The notes beneath the pieces are model-generated. The model was given only the letters and a program-made list of their open reading frames with translations, was not told where the DNA came from and ran no database searches. DNA of 63,599 nt, the filler included. It is 13 parts of 13 records of this genome, joined end to end, with 100 filler letters (N's around TTAATTAATTAA, not from the genome) between each part and the next. Parts side by side here need not be neighbours in the genome. Positions count along the whole stretch, not along the records: positions 5,061 to 10,234 come from SRR15195285_2880; positions 10,335 to 17,296 come from SRR15195285_2881; positions 17,397 to 20,659 come from SRR15195285_2882; positions 20,760 to 25,762 come from SRR15195285_2884; 9 more parts are not named here. One strand, given 5' to 3'. Of this stretch, positions 9,697 through 20,952 are shown piece after piece (within the stretch, counting starts at the first letter, position 1; each line of letters starts with the position of its first letter). Both the position numbers and the translations under genes were made by a program.

Positions 9697-10336
9697 CGCT
9701 CGCTCCCTCTGAGCTCTGTTCAGCTGATAGCGTCAGACCATTCTCCGCGCGATCCACTGTGGCTGTCACGTCTACACGTGTACACCACGCTGCCACTTCG
9801 TGGCAGTGCAGCGCGATCAGATCAGCCTCCAGCCGAAGGCCTTAGAAAGCTAAGGGTCCAGCCTTCTGAGCCTCAGCAGAGGAACCACCACCCGCTCGAA
9901 CAGTGGGCCGGTGCGTTTGATCGAGAACCTCTGCTGGGGGTCCCCTGGCGCAGCTTCATGCCCGCCACACTCTCATGGGTCGGTCACTGCCTGAGAGTAT
10001 CCCCTACCCCTTGGTTCGACCGCTGGGAGCCACCTGCGGTGCCCTGGTCCAGTCCACCCCTGGCCCTAGAGAAGTGCCGCGCGCCAACGCGGCGCGCCCG
10101 TGCGGCGCCGCGGCAGATGGAATGAGAATCCCAGCATGCAGTGGCCCAGTGCCACACCTACGTATACCTTTTAAAAAAAAAATCACCCATCCGGCCAGGG
10201 ACGGCCATGCAAATTAGATCTACGCGCGCGCGCGNNNNNNNNNNNNNNNNNNNNNNNNNNNNNNNNNNNNNNNNNNNNTTAATTAATTAANNNNNNNNNN
10301 NNNNNNNNNNNNNNNNNNNNNNNNNNNNNNNNNNCA

Positions 10337-11464
10337 CCACCAGCACCAGCACCAGCACCAGCACTAGCAGCACCAGCAGTGGTGCCTGCGGTGGTCACGA
10401 CAAGTCCTAACGTTCCGGCAACACCCACCAGTCAGACGCCCGGGCCATCTTTTGTTTCCATTTCGCCATTGAAGCCATTGCCCAGGCGTCTGTATGCAAT
10501 CGAATCTGGCGACAGTGGCAGCAACACAGATGAGGTAGGCATTTACCGAATGCCAGAGGACAAGCATGCAAGAGCGAGGGATGGAGTTCATGAGAACCGT
10601 GCTAGACATACCGGCGAAATGAGCGGCATGCAACACCACGGCCATTTGTCGACTTTCTGGGAGGGAGGGCGCGATGCCTCGCAACAGGCAAGTCGGTCAT
10701 TGGGCATCAAAAATGACTACACGTACGCTGTCCGGGCGGTGGTCCATAACGGACGTAGCACTGCAACAGGCCTACTACAGGCACCACAATCTAGCAGCCC
10801 TGGTCAATTTGACCGCGATACCTCACCACTGCATTCGTACGATAGCGTCGGCCGCCCGTCGCCGAAGAACAGGCGACCAACCGAGCAGCAAATTCCAATC
10901 TTCATCCCGGAAACCATTGGTGCGGAACCGCTTCAGCAAGGGCAAGAGCCGACGATGGCCGGCCTCCAGGCGCTGAATAGGCTACGGGTCTCTACAACAC
11001 CATCACCAACTCGGAGCCGACGGCGCCCATCGCCGTTGCGTGGAACAGCTCCGGTTGTGTTGGCCGAAATGGCCCGGCATCAAAAGTTCATGCGAGCGAA
11101 GACGCCGTGGACTGGCGGTGGCTTTCGACGGCCACGTGATCAAGGTTCCCGGCCGCTGCTGAACGGCCTACTGCAGGGTGAGGCTTCGCTGTCTTCCGAA
11201 TACCCAGTTGTGTTCGGGGACCGCTACGTCTCCCTACAGGCAGCGAGACAGATGCTGTCGCAGGCAGACGGGAGCACTGAGCTTTCTTTGCAGACCGCGG
11301 ATGGTTCTCAGCCCAGTGCACGTCGAACACCAAGCAGCGACATGACATGGGCCGCAGACTCGCAGGCGCCGTGGGGCGAGGCAGACGATGACCTGCTCCG
11401 TGAAACACGGCATGGGACTGAAGAGACGCGGCCTGTCTCTGCCCGGGGGGTCGCACTAGCCTAG
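10337..11464 (+). CDS. Hypothetical low-complexity (Ser/Pro/Arg-rich) protein, 5' truncated
   Basis: Open frame of more than 370 codons from the contig start (PAPAPA repeat) to TAG at 11464. No recognisable domain. Confidence 0.55.
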   Translation, partial: PPAPAPAPALAAPAVVPAVVTTSPNVPATPTSQTPGPSFVSISPLKPLPRRLYAIESGDSGSNTDEVGIYRMPEDKHARARDGVHENRARHTGEMSGMQHHGHLSTFWEGGRDASQQASRSLGIKNDYTYAVRAVVHNGRSTATGLLQAPQSSSPGQFDRDTSPLHSYDSVGRPSPKNRRPTEQQIPIFIPETIGAEPLQQGQEPTMAGLQALNRLRVSTTPSPTRSRRRPSPLRGTAPVVLAEMARHQKFMRAKTPWTGGGFRRPRDQGSRPLLNGLLQGEASLSSEYPVVFGDRYVSLQAARQMLSQADGSTELSLQTADGSQPSARRTPSSDMTWAADSQAPWGEADDDLLRETRHGTEETRPVSARGVALA

Positions 11465-11656
11465 GAGCTATTCTCGAAGGGTGCTGTGCGATTGTCTCAG
11501 TGTTGCCTGTCACAGACGTGCGACACCCAGGCTGCTAGCGAGCACAGTAGTCTAGATGAAAAGGTGGTTTTGTATCCACATCCGCAGTTTTGCGTGACAC
11601 ACTAGCAACGGTTGCCATTGCTAGCAACAAATGGCGACTACGCGCGCCAGCCAGCT

Positions 11657-12657
11657 CTATGCCACTGTCAAGTCGTCGTTGAAGTACAGGTGGATCAGGG
11701 GTGCGTAGAAATCATCCGGCTACGCACACCCCAAACAGCGTCAGCAGTGACGCACGAGCGAAAGGAATAGGCAGCCTGCGCGCACCAGGTTCAACTTCGC
11801 GTACAGCTCGCGCTCATCCGGGACATTATTGTCCTCCAGGGTGAGGTTCATATCCAGCACGTTCCCCAAAAATTTCCAGGTGTAGGACGCTGCGTGGCTA
11901 TTGTACGGCAGATATCTGCAAGCGCAACCAGAGTGCCTCGTGTGAGTGTCGTCCCGCGGAGCGCCGCACTGTATGCAGCCGTACCTCTCTAGAATTTCGT
12001 TCAGCGTCTCCTCCCCCGGTACCTCCAGCTCGTGCTCCTGGTGTGTCAACGTGTTGAGCAACTTGATTGGCCGAACGTTGAGTGAGAGCAGGCCGATCAT
12101 GTACGTCTCCTCATCCTGCCACCATGGAGTTTCCACCACTGTGACCTGGTCTGTGACAGGCACGTTGGGTAGCACGTGCACAAACCGCCCCTGCGGCGTG
12201 TAGTACGCCTCCGTACCGGTAACTGGGTCCATGTGCGTCTTGACCTGCGCAGGGGCGGGCAGCGAGCTGGTCAGTGGCGCTCAGACGAGGAAACGGCCGC
12301 CACTCAACAGATGCGAGCAGCGCCGCCCGCCCGGTCGCTCTCTGTGGGGCGCAGGGAGCCGGCGATCCAGCTGCCCACACAACACCTCGCCGACGCCCCG
12401 CGTACGTAGACAGATCGCCGCTGGGTCGGCGCAAGGATGCGATGGACGGAAGCAGCGGAAAAGCGGCGTACATCGCCGGTGCGCGCGTCGAACCAGTGCG
12501 AGATGTCCGTCCCCGCGACCGCCACTATCGGCTGGGTCAAGATGCCCTCATTCTCAGCGACCAGCTTCGTCAGATCAAAGACCCGCCCCAGGAAGCTCAC
12601 CCAGCAATCCGTGTGCGTGTTGTGCTCCGCCACTGTGGCCGGCGTGATGTAGCCCAT
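11657..12657 (-). CDS. CYB5D1: Cytochrome b5 domain-containing protein 1 (ciliary radial-spoke associated), 4 exons
   Basis: [30 protein letters not shown]...[10 protein letters not shown] | [10 protein letters not shown]...PWWQD...LLNTLT...[10 protein letters not shown] | [14 protein letters not shown] | [12 protein letters not shown]. Intron 1 is 12471-12245. Confidence 0.9.
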
Positions 12658-13383
12658 CCTGCCCACGCGCGTGGTGCCCCCGCAACAGTCGCGCTGCGGT
12701 TTACAGTCCGGAGAAACCACTGGGAATGCCGGTGCTGCGATGACCGTCTCGAGTCAAGCTGCTTTGTTTCCAGCATTCCATGTATAGTAGTATTGGAATT
12801 AGCGTTGTTCGGATGATGGACGAGCGGACGCGGGGGTGGTCCGGCGGACGTTGCGAAAGGTGCGCGGGGATCACTTCATGTGTCACACGATTCGTTTTCC
12901 ATCGCTATTAAGGCGGGCTGGCCACGCTGGCGCCGGGATGAATTGAACAAATTACAAAATGGAATCAGAATCAGAAATTCACCATCGGATTGGAATTCCC
13001 CCGATTTGGGATGCCGGAGCCGCCGCCGACAGCGCGGTCAGCCAGCAGGTGAACGGCCAGGCTCACGACGAGGCGGGTTACCTCGCCGCCTCTGCTGGCG
13101 TTTGACGGGCTGTGGCGACGGTTTTCCGGTGCTTTTCGGGCAGGGTGGAAGGGACTGGAGGGGGTGAGGGCGATGGGGTGGGGCTTGGGTGGGGCGGCGA
13201 GCTGAGTGGAGGTCCACGCTGGGCAGAGTTCAACGGCGCACGTCAACGGCGCGGCCCACGTGGCTCGACGTGGCGTGGCTGCGTATGTGACGCAGTGCCA
13301 GCTTAAGGGCGTGCGCAGCGCGGATCAGACCGGGTAGTACGTTGGTAACTGATCTCTACGAGGTTGCAGGCTGGTGGCCTGCC

Positions 13384-14879
13384 ATGGATGGCGGGAGCCT
13401 CAGCTCCCAAGCCGAGCAGTTGTACGAGGATCGATTGAGCCAGCTCGGAGGGGCCAGGTGCGGGAGCGTGGGTGGACTGCCTGTCACCCCGGCGCCCGGC
13501 GCACTTTCGCGCACGGCGGTGCCTAACTGCGGAGTTGATCGTGTTGTGTTGCTGTTGGCAGCGGTGGCGGCGGCCGGGCCAAAGAGTATGGGTCCGCACG
13601 GGGCCCGTGGACGAAGGGCGAAGATGAAAAGCTGATCGGAATGGTGCGGCCGTCTCCCGAAACGTGGACCATCCGAGCGATATGTGCCTGACCCTCCGCC
13701 CGACTTACCATCCTCCGCCGTGTGTGACAGGTTAACAAGTATGGGACCAAGCAGTGGTCAACTGTAGCGGCCGCTCTGTCTGGCCGAACGGGGAAGCAGT
13801 GCAGGGAGCGCTGGATGAACAACCTTGACCCGTCGATTAAGAAAGGCCCATGGACAGAGGAGGTATGCCCAGCACCTGCCGTCCCAGCTCCAGCAGCTCC
13901 GTTGCCAAGCAGTAATGCGGCCACTGCCCCACGCAGGAGGAGCGCATCCTGCATGAGGCTCGCGAGAAACTAGGCAACAAGTGGGCAGAGATCGCTAAAC
14001 TTCTGCCGGGACGAACAGACAACATCATCAAGAACCACTGGAATAGCACGGTCAGACGCCAAATGCGGAGGTAAGACACAGCACTCCATCCAACCAGACC
14101 TGCTTCAGCTCAGCGTCATGTGGCGAGAAGCCTGCGTTCCAGCAGCTTAGGTGCGTGCTGTACTTGGTGTCGCAGTCTTGCGAGAGATCGTGAGGATAGG
14201 CGGAAGGCGTCGGCGGAACAGGAACGTCTAGAGTCCACTGGCATGGACCCCGAGCGAGCTGCGAAAGAGGCCGCTGCTATGGCCAACCAAGGTGCTCGGC
14301 GCCGAACAAAGCCACCGTCCTTGGTCTTGCTCGACGCGGCAACGGAAGAGGCGATGAAAAAAGAAGCTGTGCTAAAAAGACAGCTTGACGGGCCTGGCAC
14401 AGGTGAAAGCGCCAGTGGCGGAGGAGAGACTTCGTCGACAGCTGCTCCAAGAAACGTTCAGAAGCGCTTGAAGACCGAAACAGGTGCTGTAGCGACAAGA
14501 AAGGCAGCGGCAGGGGCTGGCCTTGGCGCCTTGCTGCAACGAGAGCGGGAGCGCAATCGAGGTGCCGCTGCCCAAGACGATAGCAGCGGTAGTCGAGCTC
14601 CTGAGACGTCAAAATCCGCCGGCGCACAGAAGAGACCTTCCCAGCAGCCTGACCACATCTCTCTACGTACGGATCGATGGCATGACCCATTGCTGCCTGC
14701 GCGCTGGACCAGCCCGCAATCCCGCTTGTCTCTAACTTCGTGACCGGATGTGCGATAACATGCATGCAGGTTCATCAGAGCCGTTGAGTCACTTGGAGAA
14801 GAGTGTGCTCTCCGTTGCGCGCCAGCATGGGATGGTGTTGCAGACTGTGTGGTGGCACCCAGAGGCATTTTACGTGTAG
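13384..14879 (+). CDS. R2R3-type Myb transcription factor (multi-exon; 3' end uncertain)
   Basis: Spliced exons give [100 protein letters not shown] with canonical GT-AG junctions. Confidence 0.9.
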
Positions 14880-15139
14880 GAGCTACGCGTTCAGGGTTCC
14901 ACTGCTCTGTGCCCACTAAATGTAATTTGAATGAAAAGAGGGTCGAGTGTGATGCGACAAGAACGGCACACTCAGGCGGGTCCCGCACTATACTGTACTA
15001 GTAGTCAAGCAGCTTGCTAAGCAACGATATGAGCTGAGCACGAGAACGTAATGGGGCAAACTACCGTCATGCCAACAAGCAGGCTCAATTCGTTCGGGTC
15101 TACGTGTCTTCTAATAGCCTCACCGGCACTTTGTGCCGT

Positions 15140-17231
15140 TTAGTTCTCCATCGCCCCACCCATCGCTGCCTCAGCCTGCTCCATTGCGGCGGACTGGCTC
15201 TGGCCACCCCCGTTCCGTCCCGCGCTCTGGTTCCCGCCAGTTCCTTCCCGCTTCTTCGACACGCCCGAGACGACATCATCGACGCGCAGCAAGAGGACCG
15301 CGGACTCAATGGCGGTCTTCAGTGTCTGCACCTTGACCGACATCGGCTCCCAAATACCGAGCTCGGCCATGTCAACGAGCGTACCGAGCTCTCCGTCTAC
15401 ACCCCAGAACGCAGCGTCACCGGCGGCATGCTTGGCCCGGAGCTGCGTCACGAGCCGCACCACGTTCGCGCCACAGTTCGCCGCAAGGATCCGTGGGATC
15501 ACCTCGAACGAGCTCGCCACAGCGCGATAGATATTCCGGATCTTCGGATCGACCGCGTTGCTCTTTTTCATCAGCTGAGCGGACACCTCCATCTCGATCG
15601 CACCGCCGCCAGGTGCCGTCATGGGATCCTTGTAGACGTTGCGCGCCACATTCATCGCATCGTGAAGGTTGCGCTCCACCTCGTTCAGCACGTCCTTCGA
15701 TCCACCGCGCAGCATGATCGTGCAAGCCTTCGGGTCCTTGCAGTCCACGATGAACGAGTGGTACTCGTCGCCAATCTTCCGCACCTCGTAGAGGCCAGCC
15801 CCAGTGCCGATCGCATCCTCTGTGATCTCTTCGATGCGGTGCACCACCCGTGCGCCACAGGCACGCGCCGCCCGGTTGTTGTCGGTCTTGCGCAGGCGGC
15901 GCAGCGCCGTCACGCCAGCACGCACGAAGAAGTGCTGCGCAAGGTCCGAGAGACCCTTTTCTGTGATGACGACGTCAGGCTTGAACTTCAGGATGGTCTC
16001 CACCGTGCTCTTGATCCAAGTCTCCTCCTGCTGCAGCAGCAGCTCCCAGTCCTCTTCGTTGCTGCACTCGACCTGTGCTTGAGACTCCGACTTCTTGTAC
16101 TCGAGCGGGCAGTCCAGCAGCAGAATGCGCGGGTTTTCGATGCGGCGGCGCATCTTGGCGTGGGACACGTCCTTGTTGAACATGATGCCCTTCAGCACGC
16201 GGCAGTCGTCGATCTCGCCGCCGGGGATCTTCTCAACCTTGGCGTAGCGCTTGATGTCGATGTCCATGCCACCTGGGCACGAAGCGTCTTCGATGGCAAC
16301 GGTCTTGACCGCCTCCAACGCGAGCTCAACCATCACCTCGCTGAATCGGCTCGTGAACTTGGTGCCGACGGTGGTCTCGACAAGCTCCTTCAGCGACGCT
16401 GCGCTGTCCAGCTTGACCTCCCGCCCCGAAACCTTGCAGACCTCCACGGCGTCCTCGAGTGCCTTCTGCATGCCCTGGATGATGACGGTCGGGTGGACCT
16501 GCGTCTCCAGGAACGGTTGCACCTGGTAGAGGACCTCCCCCGCCAGCACAATCACCGAGGTGGTCCCGTCGCCGACCTCCTCGTCCTGCGTGCGGCTGAG
16601 CTCGATCATCGACTTGGCCGCCGGGTGTGAGACGTCTATCTCGCGGAGGATCGCGTTGCCGTCGTTTGTCATCACAATGCCCTGTGAAGGTGGCAGTCGC
16701 AGTGTGAGGGCTATGTGAGGCATGGCTGTCTGGTGGCCAGCGCGGAGCCGCTTTGTGCCAGGCAAGGGGCGGCATTGTGGCACGGGGCGGCCTGGTGATA
16801 CCCAGCAACAGCAGCATTGTGGCAGGTGGGCAGGCAAGGGGCAGCATTGTGCCAAGGGCCAGCGCGATGGCCAGCTCGAGCATCACCGCGCCGGGCGGGC
16901 GAGCATGCGAGAAAGGGGCGCAGTAGCGTCGCGCGGCAAGCGAGGGGCAGCGCAGGATGGGCAGCTCGAGCATCATCGTGGCAAGCAGGCAAGGGCCAGC
17001 AAGCAAGCACGCAAGGGCGGCAGGCAAGCAAGGCGCCGCCCTTGCAAGGGGCATCATTGCACGCACGCCCATCGCGTCGAGGATCATCTTGAGCATCGAC
17101 CGCGGCCCCAGCGTCGTCCGGATCGTATCCGCGACCGCCTTCGCCGCCGCGATGTTCCCAAGCTGCGCCTTCTTCCCCTGCTCCCGCTTGGTGTTGGTGT
17201 TCAACACCATCACCCCCGGTCCCCCCGCCAT
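15140..17231 (-). CDS. CCT3: T-complex protein 1 subunit gamma (CCT/TRiC)
   Basis: Exon 1 17231-17067 (…[24 protein letters not shown]), intron 17066-16682, exon 2 16681-15140 ([43 protein letters not shown]…[14 protein letters not shown]…RLRKTDNNR). The motifs are gamma-subunit specific. Confidence 0.97.
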
Positions 17232-17545
17232 CTTGCCCTAAACCCTCTGAAAAACGATAGGCTGGCGGCGATAACGGCTGGATAACGGCTGGATAANNNN
17301 NNNNNNNNNNNNNNNNNNNNNNNNNNNNNNNNNNNNNNNNTTAATTAATTAANNNNNNNNNNNNNNNNNNNNNNNNNNNNNNNNNNNNNNNNNNNNCGGA
17401 TGGGTGATTTAAGGTAGGTGTGCGGGGCGCGCGCTACGCGCGCGCTCGTCGCGTCGGTGTACGTCTGCCACGGTACGACCGGGTTCTTTCCGTCGCGTTC
17501 GCGTCGCCACGCCGGCGGTCTGCGCACCGGAGCATTCGTAGGGCC

Positions 17546-19237
17546 ATGGCAGATCCGCCGGGCCCACGAACGGTCTCATTTGATGTGGAGCCGATATCTG
17601 AGGATGAGCAGTCTTATGGGGACGAGAGTCCCAGCTCTGACAACACCGTCAAGACCAGAAGGCCTTCGCCTCGGGCGCCGCAGCTGACGCGCGAGGCTTC
17701 CAAGGCGTGCGAGTCAAGAATCTGGGAGTACTGCAATGGTTCGTGTTCCAGCTGTGCAGTCTGCGCGGACTGCGACGAGTGCGACGAATGCGACGCCGTA
17801 CGCGCGCGGAACATCTGCGGATTTCAGCCGGTCGTTGCTCTGCGGCTGCTGAAGACCATCGCTATGCCTACTATTGATGCTGTCTTGGATTGGTCCGTCG
17901 TGCTGCACTGGCACCGCACTGACGACGTGAACTGGTTCGCAAATGGAGTCAGCATCAACGTAGTTAGCGGTGCCCTGTCGGGCTTAGTGCTTGCTAGCAT
18001 TTTGCACGGCCTCCCACGATTCGCTGAGTGTTGTTCGCATCGAGTGCTGATGTTTCTATGCATTCCCTGTGGCGTGATTGGTATGGCTCCGGTATTGCTG
18101 GGCATAATTGTATTATCTACTGGAGAGACACGCCTATTGCGGGACGGCGCGCAGTTTCTGGCTCTAGCAGAACTTGTCTTCGAGACTTTTCAGCAGTCCG
18201 TTCTGCAAACTTACGTGGGCGTCGCGTTCGGCAAATTCTCGCCGTACTCTGAAGACTTCAGCATTACTTTACCTCTATCGGTCGTGTGTTCGCTGTTAAA
18301 TGCGGGCATTACGACATTTGGATTTGAAATGGTTGGCCGCAACAACGGCCCGCAGCTGTGCAGGCGCTGTGCAAGCACACGCACTGATGGCAAGGCTGTG
18401 TCGACTTGCTCATGTTACGGACTGATAACGCTGCTGCTGCGCTCTATGCAGTTCGCAGCCATAATTTTCACAATATCGCTGCTGGCCTGCACCCAGAAGG
18501 AGTACGCTGTGTTTGCCATATTCCTCTCGGTCGTTGTCTTTGTGAGCATGGCGTTGGAGCCTATAGTGCGTGACGAGACGAATCAACAGGGAGCCTCCCT
18601 CATTAAGAGCTTCTTCAACTGGACCGTATTTTTGCGTTACATTCAAACTTCTGGGGTTGTGTATTGCTTCTCGTTGGTACTCAGCAAGCAGGCTGGCCGA
18701 GACAACTTGGTGCCGTTTCTAGTCGGGATGCTGCTGCTGTTGTCATTTCTTGCAACAGGTATTGCAGTCGAAGTCGCTGATATAGTACCACATGTGAATG
18801 CCCGCAGCGACAGATTAGGTCGCACCGTTACGCGGCGCACCCAAGCGCGAGTACAGTTTCTACGACTGGGTGCACCTACTGACACGATCATCGCATCTGG
18901 CTTGTGGGGGATATTTCACTTGCTGCTCGTGCTGGGCATGGCATTTAGCTTCACGCATCTGGAGCCAATGACGAACAATTACGCCGATTCGCGCGTGCCG
19001 CCTGGTCATCCGGGTGAACCACAGTATTTCGACTGCCGTGACAGACACGCAGGCATCTACATTGCAGCAGCGTCCACGATGCTAAGTTTTGCGCTCCTTC
19101 CGATCTCGACCTTTAGCGACCCGCAAAATGGAGCGTGTGCACAGCAGCTGCTTGACGAACACGACACTGGCCGGAGCAAGCGTAGGCGAGCTGGATATCA
19201 CAGTCCGAAGGGTCGTTGGCCTAGCTCGGGGGTCTGA
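17546..19237 (+). CDS. Multi-pass membrane protein, XK-related (scramblase-like) family candidate
   Basis: About 10 hydrophobic segments. DAVLDW near TM1 and ELVFETFQQSVLQTY resembling the XK E-x-x-P-Q-x-x-L-Q motif. Cys-rich N-terminal segment. Confidence 0.55.
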   Translation: MADPPGPRTVSFDVEPISEDEQSYGDESPSSDNTVKTRRPSPRAPQLTREASKACESRIWEYCNGSCSSCAVCADCDECDECDAVRARNICGFQPVVALRLLKTIAMPTIDAVLDWSVVLHWHRTDDVNWFANGVSINVVSGALSGLVLASILHGLPRFAECCSHRVLMFLCIPCGVIGMAPVLLGIIVLSTGETRLLRDGAQFLALAELVFETFQQSVLQTYVGVAFGKFSPYSEDFSITLPLSVVCSLLNAGITTFGFEMVGRNNGPQLCRRCASTRTDGKAVSTCSCYGLITLLLRSMQFAAIIFTISLLACTQKEYAVFAIFLSVVVFVSMALEPIVRDETNQQGASLIKSFFNWTVFLRYIQTSGVVYCFSLVLSKQAGRDNLVPFLVGMLLLLSFLATGIAVEVADIVPHVNARSDRLGRTVTRRTQARVQFLRLGAPTDTIIASGLWGIFHLLLVLGMAFSFTHLEPMTNNYADSRVPPGHPGEPQYFDCRDRHAGIYIAAASTMLSFALLPISTFSDPQNGACAQQLLDEHDTGRSKRRRAGYHSPKGRWPSSGV

Positions 19238-19476
19238 GATCATCAAAGACTGCATTGCTATCGAGCCTGTACAATCCGCAATGGTATCCCAGTGCTCAGG
19301 TCCTCGTACCTGCGAAAAAGCCAAATAAACGGCTGCTCTCTGCAGTCAGCCTGAAAAACAGCTTCGGCATTCTACCTCCAAGGTCGAGCTTGGCCGCCGG
19401 TCGGAGGTGTCGGAATCACCGCGGTCTCGACGAGAGAGACGGTCCAACTGTTTTACTGGCAAGAGCGCACACCACT

Positions 19477-20511
19477 CTATGCGCACACCAACGCCGCGCA
19501 CACGCTGATCCACGCATATACTTCAACCCGTGCTGCACTGGAGCTTCCAGAAGCTCCGTTCACATTCCAGTCATAATAGAAATAGGACACATCTGGAGAG
19601 GCTGGCATTCGCAACCACAGCCCAACTTCACTTGGCGCATGGCGCGACACGAAAGACAGCAGGCCACCCGGCTCGGCCTCAAAATCCTCCTCGTACCAGT
19701 AGAATATTTTCGAAAGGGTCAGCGCATTCCCAGGCTGATCCGCTGCAAGGCCTTTCGTTGGATTCGCCAACCATAAGCGCATTGCATCGTCGAGCTGTTC
19801 ATCCAGTGTCTCCGCTTCAAACGCTTCTGGGTACAGGTCTGGACACGATACTGACGCACAGTTCACGGCTGCGTGAATCCGCGCATCGTGCGGGAAATTT
19901 TGCGTGTTACGTATTGTATCGTGCTCGATCTTATCGAGTGAATACAGGTGGTCCTCGCCAGATCCCCCGATTTGCCCCGCAGGCTGGTTCCACACCTGGG
20001 AGATATCCCTTATCGACTCGCAGAGCTGCCCGTCGCTGCACATGTCCAGCAGGACCTTTACAGCTAGCGCGTTGTAGGCGTTGATGAACAGTGCTTTGCG
20101 CTCCGACACCCCCAGCGAGTTTAGGTCTGCATCCGCTAGCTGCTGCAAGTATTGGCGGAACACTGTCTGGTCCTGTCGCAAACCCTCGTAGTCAAAGCCC
20201 ATGTAGTTCACGACACCCCGCGAGGCTGGATGTAGCCGGCCGCTCAGCACATCTGTCCACAGCGCGTGGCTAAAATTAGCGCAGCCCGCCGAGCATGGCG
20301 GTGGGAGGTCAGCCGGGTCGGTCCTGGGGATGAAAACCAGCAGGATGACAGCTGCCACCGCCGCGGCAATGCCAACGCAAGCAAGCACCGCACAGCCTAG
20401 CCTCCTCTTCGCCATGCAGCCGTGCTGGACCGCAGGCGGCGGCTGCTGTGGCGCAGTGGCCAGGGCGTCGGCCTGCGGTTTCAACCCTTCCGTTTCGTAC
20501 TCCGCGCTCAT
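19477..20511 (-). CDS. DUF547 domain protein with N-terminal membrane anchor
   Basis: KALFINAYNAL...SLDKIEHDTIR...DARIHAAVNCASVSCPDL...LSKIFYWYEEDF...YDWNVN are DUF547-type motifs. TM segment LGCAVLACVGIAAAVAAVILLVFI. Confidence 0.88.
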   Translation of the reverse strand: MSAEYETEGLKPQADALATAPQQPPPAVQHGCMAKRRLGCAVLACVGIAAAVAAVILLVFIPRTDPADLPPPCSAGCANFSHALWTDVLSGRLHPASRGVVNYMGFDYEGLRQDQTVFRQYLQQLADADLNSLGVSERKALFINAYNALAVKVLLDMCSDGQLCESIRDISQVWNQPAGQIGGSGEDHLYSLDKIEHDTIRNTQNFPHDARIHAAVNCASVSCPDLYPEAFEAETLDEQLDDAMRLWLANPTKGLAADQPGNALTLSKIFYWYEEDFEAEPGGLLSFVSRHAPSEVGLWLRMPASPDVSYFYYDWNVNGASGSSSAARVEVYAWISVCAALVCA

Positions 20512-20759
20512 GTCGACTGACTGTGGCCGTGCCAGTGGTCAACGCTCCGCAACGACACAGAGCGAGATCGCGATCGGGCGCGGGCGTCGGGCCCGCGCTG
20601 CGCGCAAGTGCATAGTGCCGCCGCCGGGCATCACAATGTGATTCCTGGGTCGGCGGACCNNNNNNNNNNNNNNNNNNNNNNNNNNNNNNNNNNNNNNNNN
20701 NNNTTAATTAATTAANNNNNNNNNNNNNNNNNNNNNNNNNNNNNNNNNNNNNNNNNNNN

Positions 20760-20784
20760 ACACACACACACACACACACACACA
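20760..20784. repeat. Microsatellite at contig end (CA)n
   Basis: Many contigs break at simple repeats: (GCTCCG)n 1-29, (CG)n ~10222-10234, (CACCAG)n ~10335-10362, (CA)n here, (AGC)n ~42895-42916, (TTCTCG)n 43017-43046, (GCT)n 58758-58784. Confidence 0.9.
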
Positions 20785-20952
20785 CGAGCGCGCCCGCCCG
20801 CCCTCCTACTCCTTGCGCCCTGCCACACATACACGCTAAGGTACTCGCTCGGGAGATGTATTCTCCCTGCTCTAGAGACCGGCACTCTAGCCACGGCTGA
20901 CCACTCTTCCTAGCGAGGAGCTCACATGGACTGTACGCGTTCCACACCGCAG

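Noticed and set aside
9073-10125. 350-aa plus-strand ORF with a poly-Leu stretch resembling a TM segment
   Set aside because: Reverse complement of the Lys/Glu-rich tract of the synapsin-like gene.
15104-16630. 508-aa plus-strand ORF
   Set aside because: Antisense shadow of CCT3, caused by GC3-biased codon usage.
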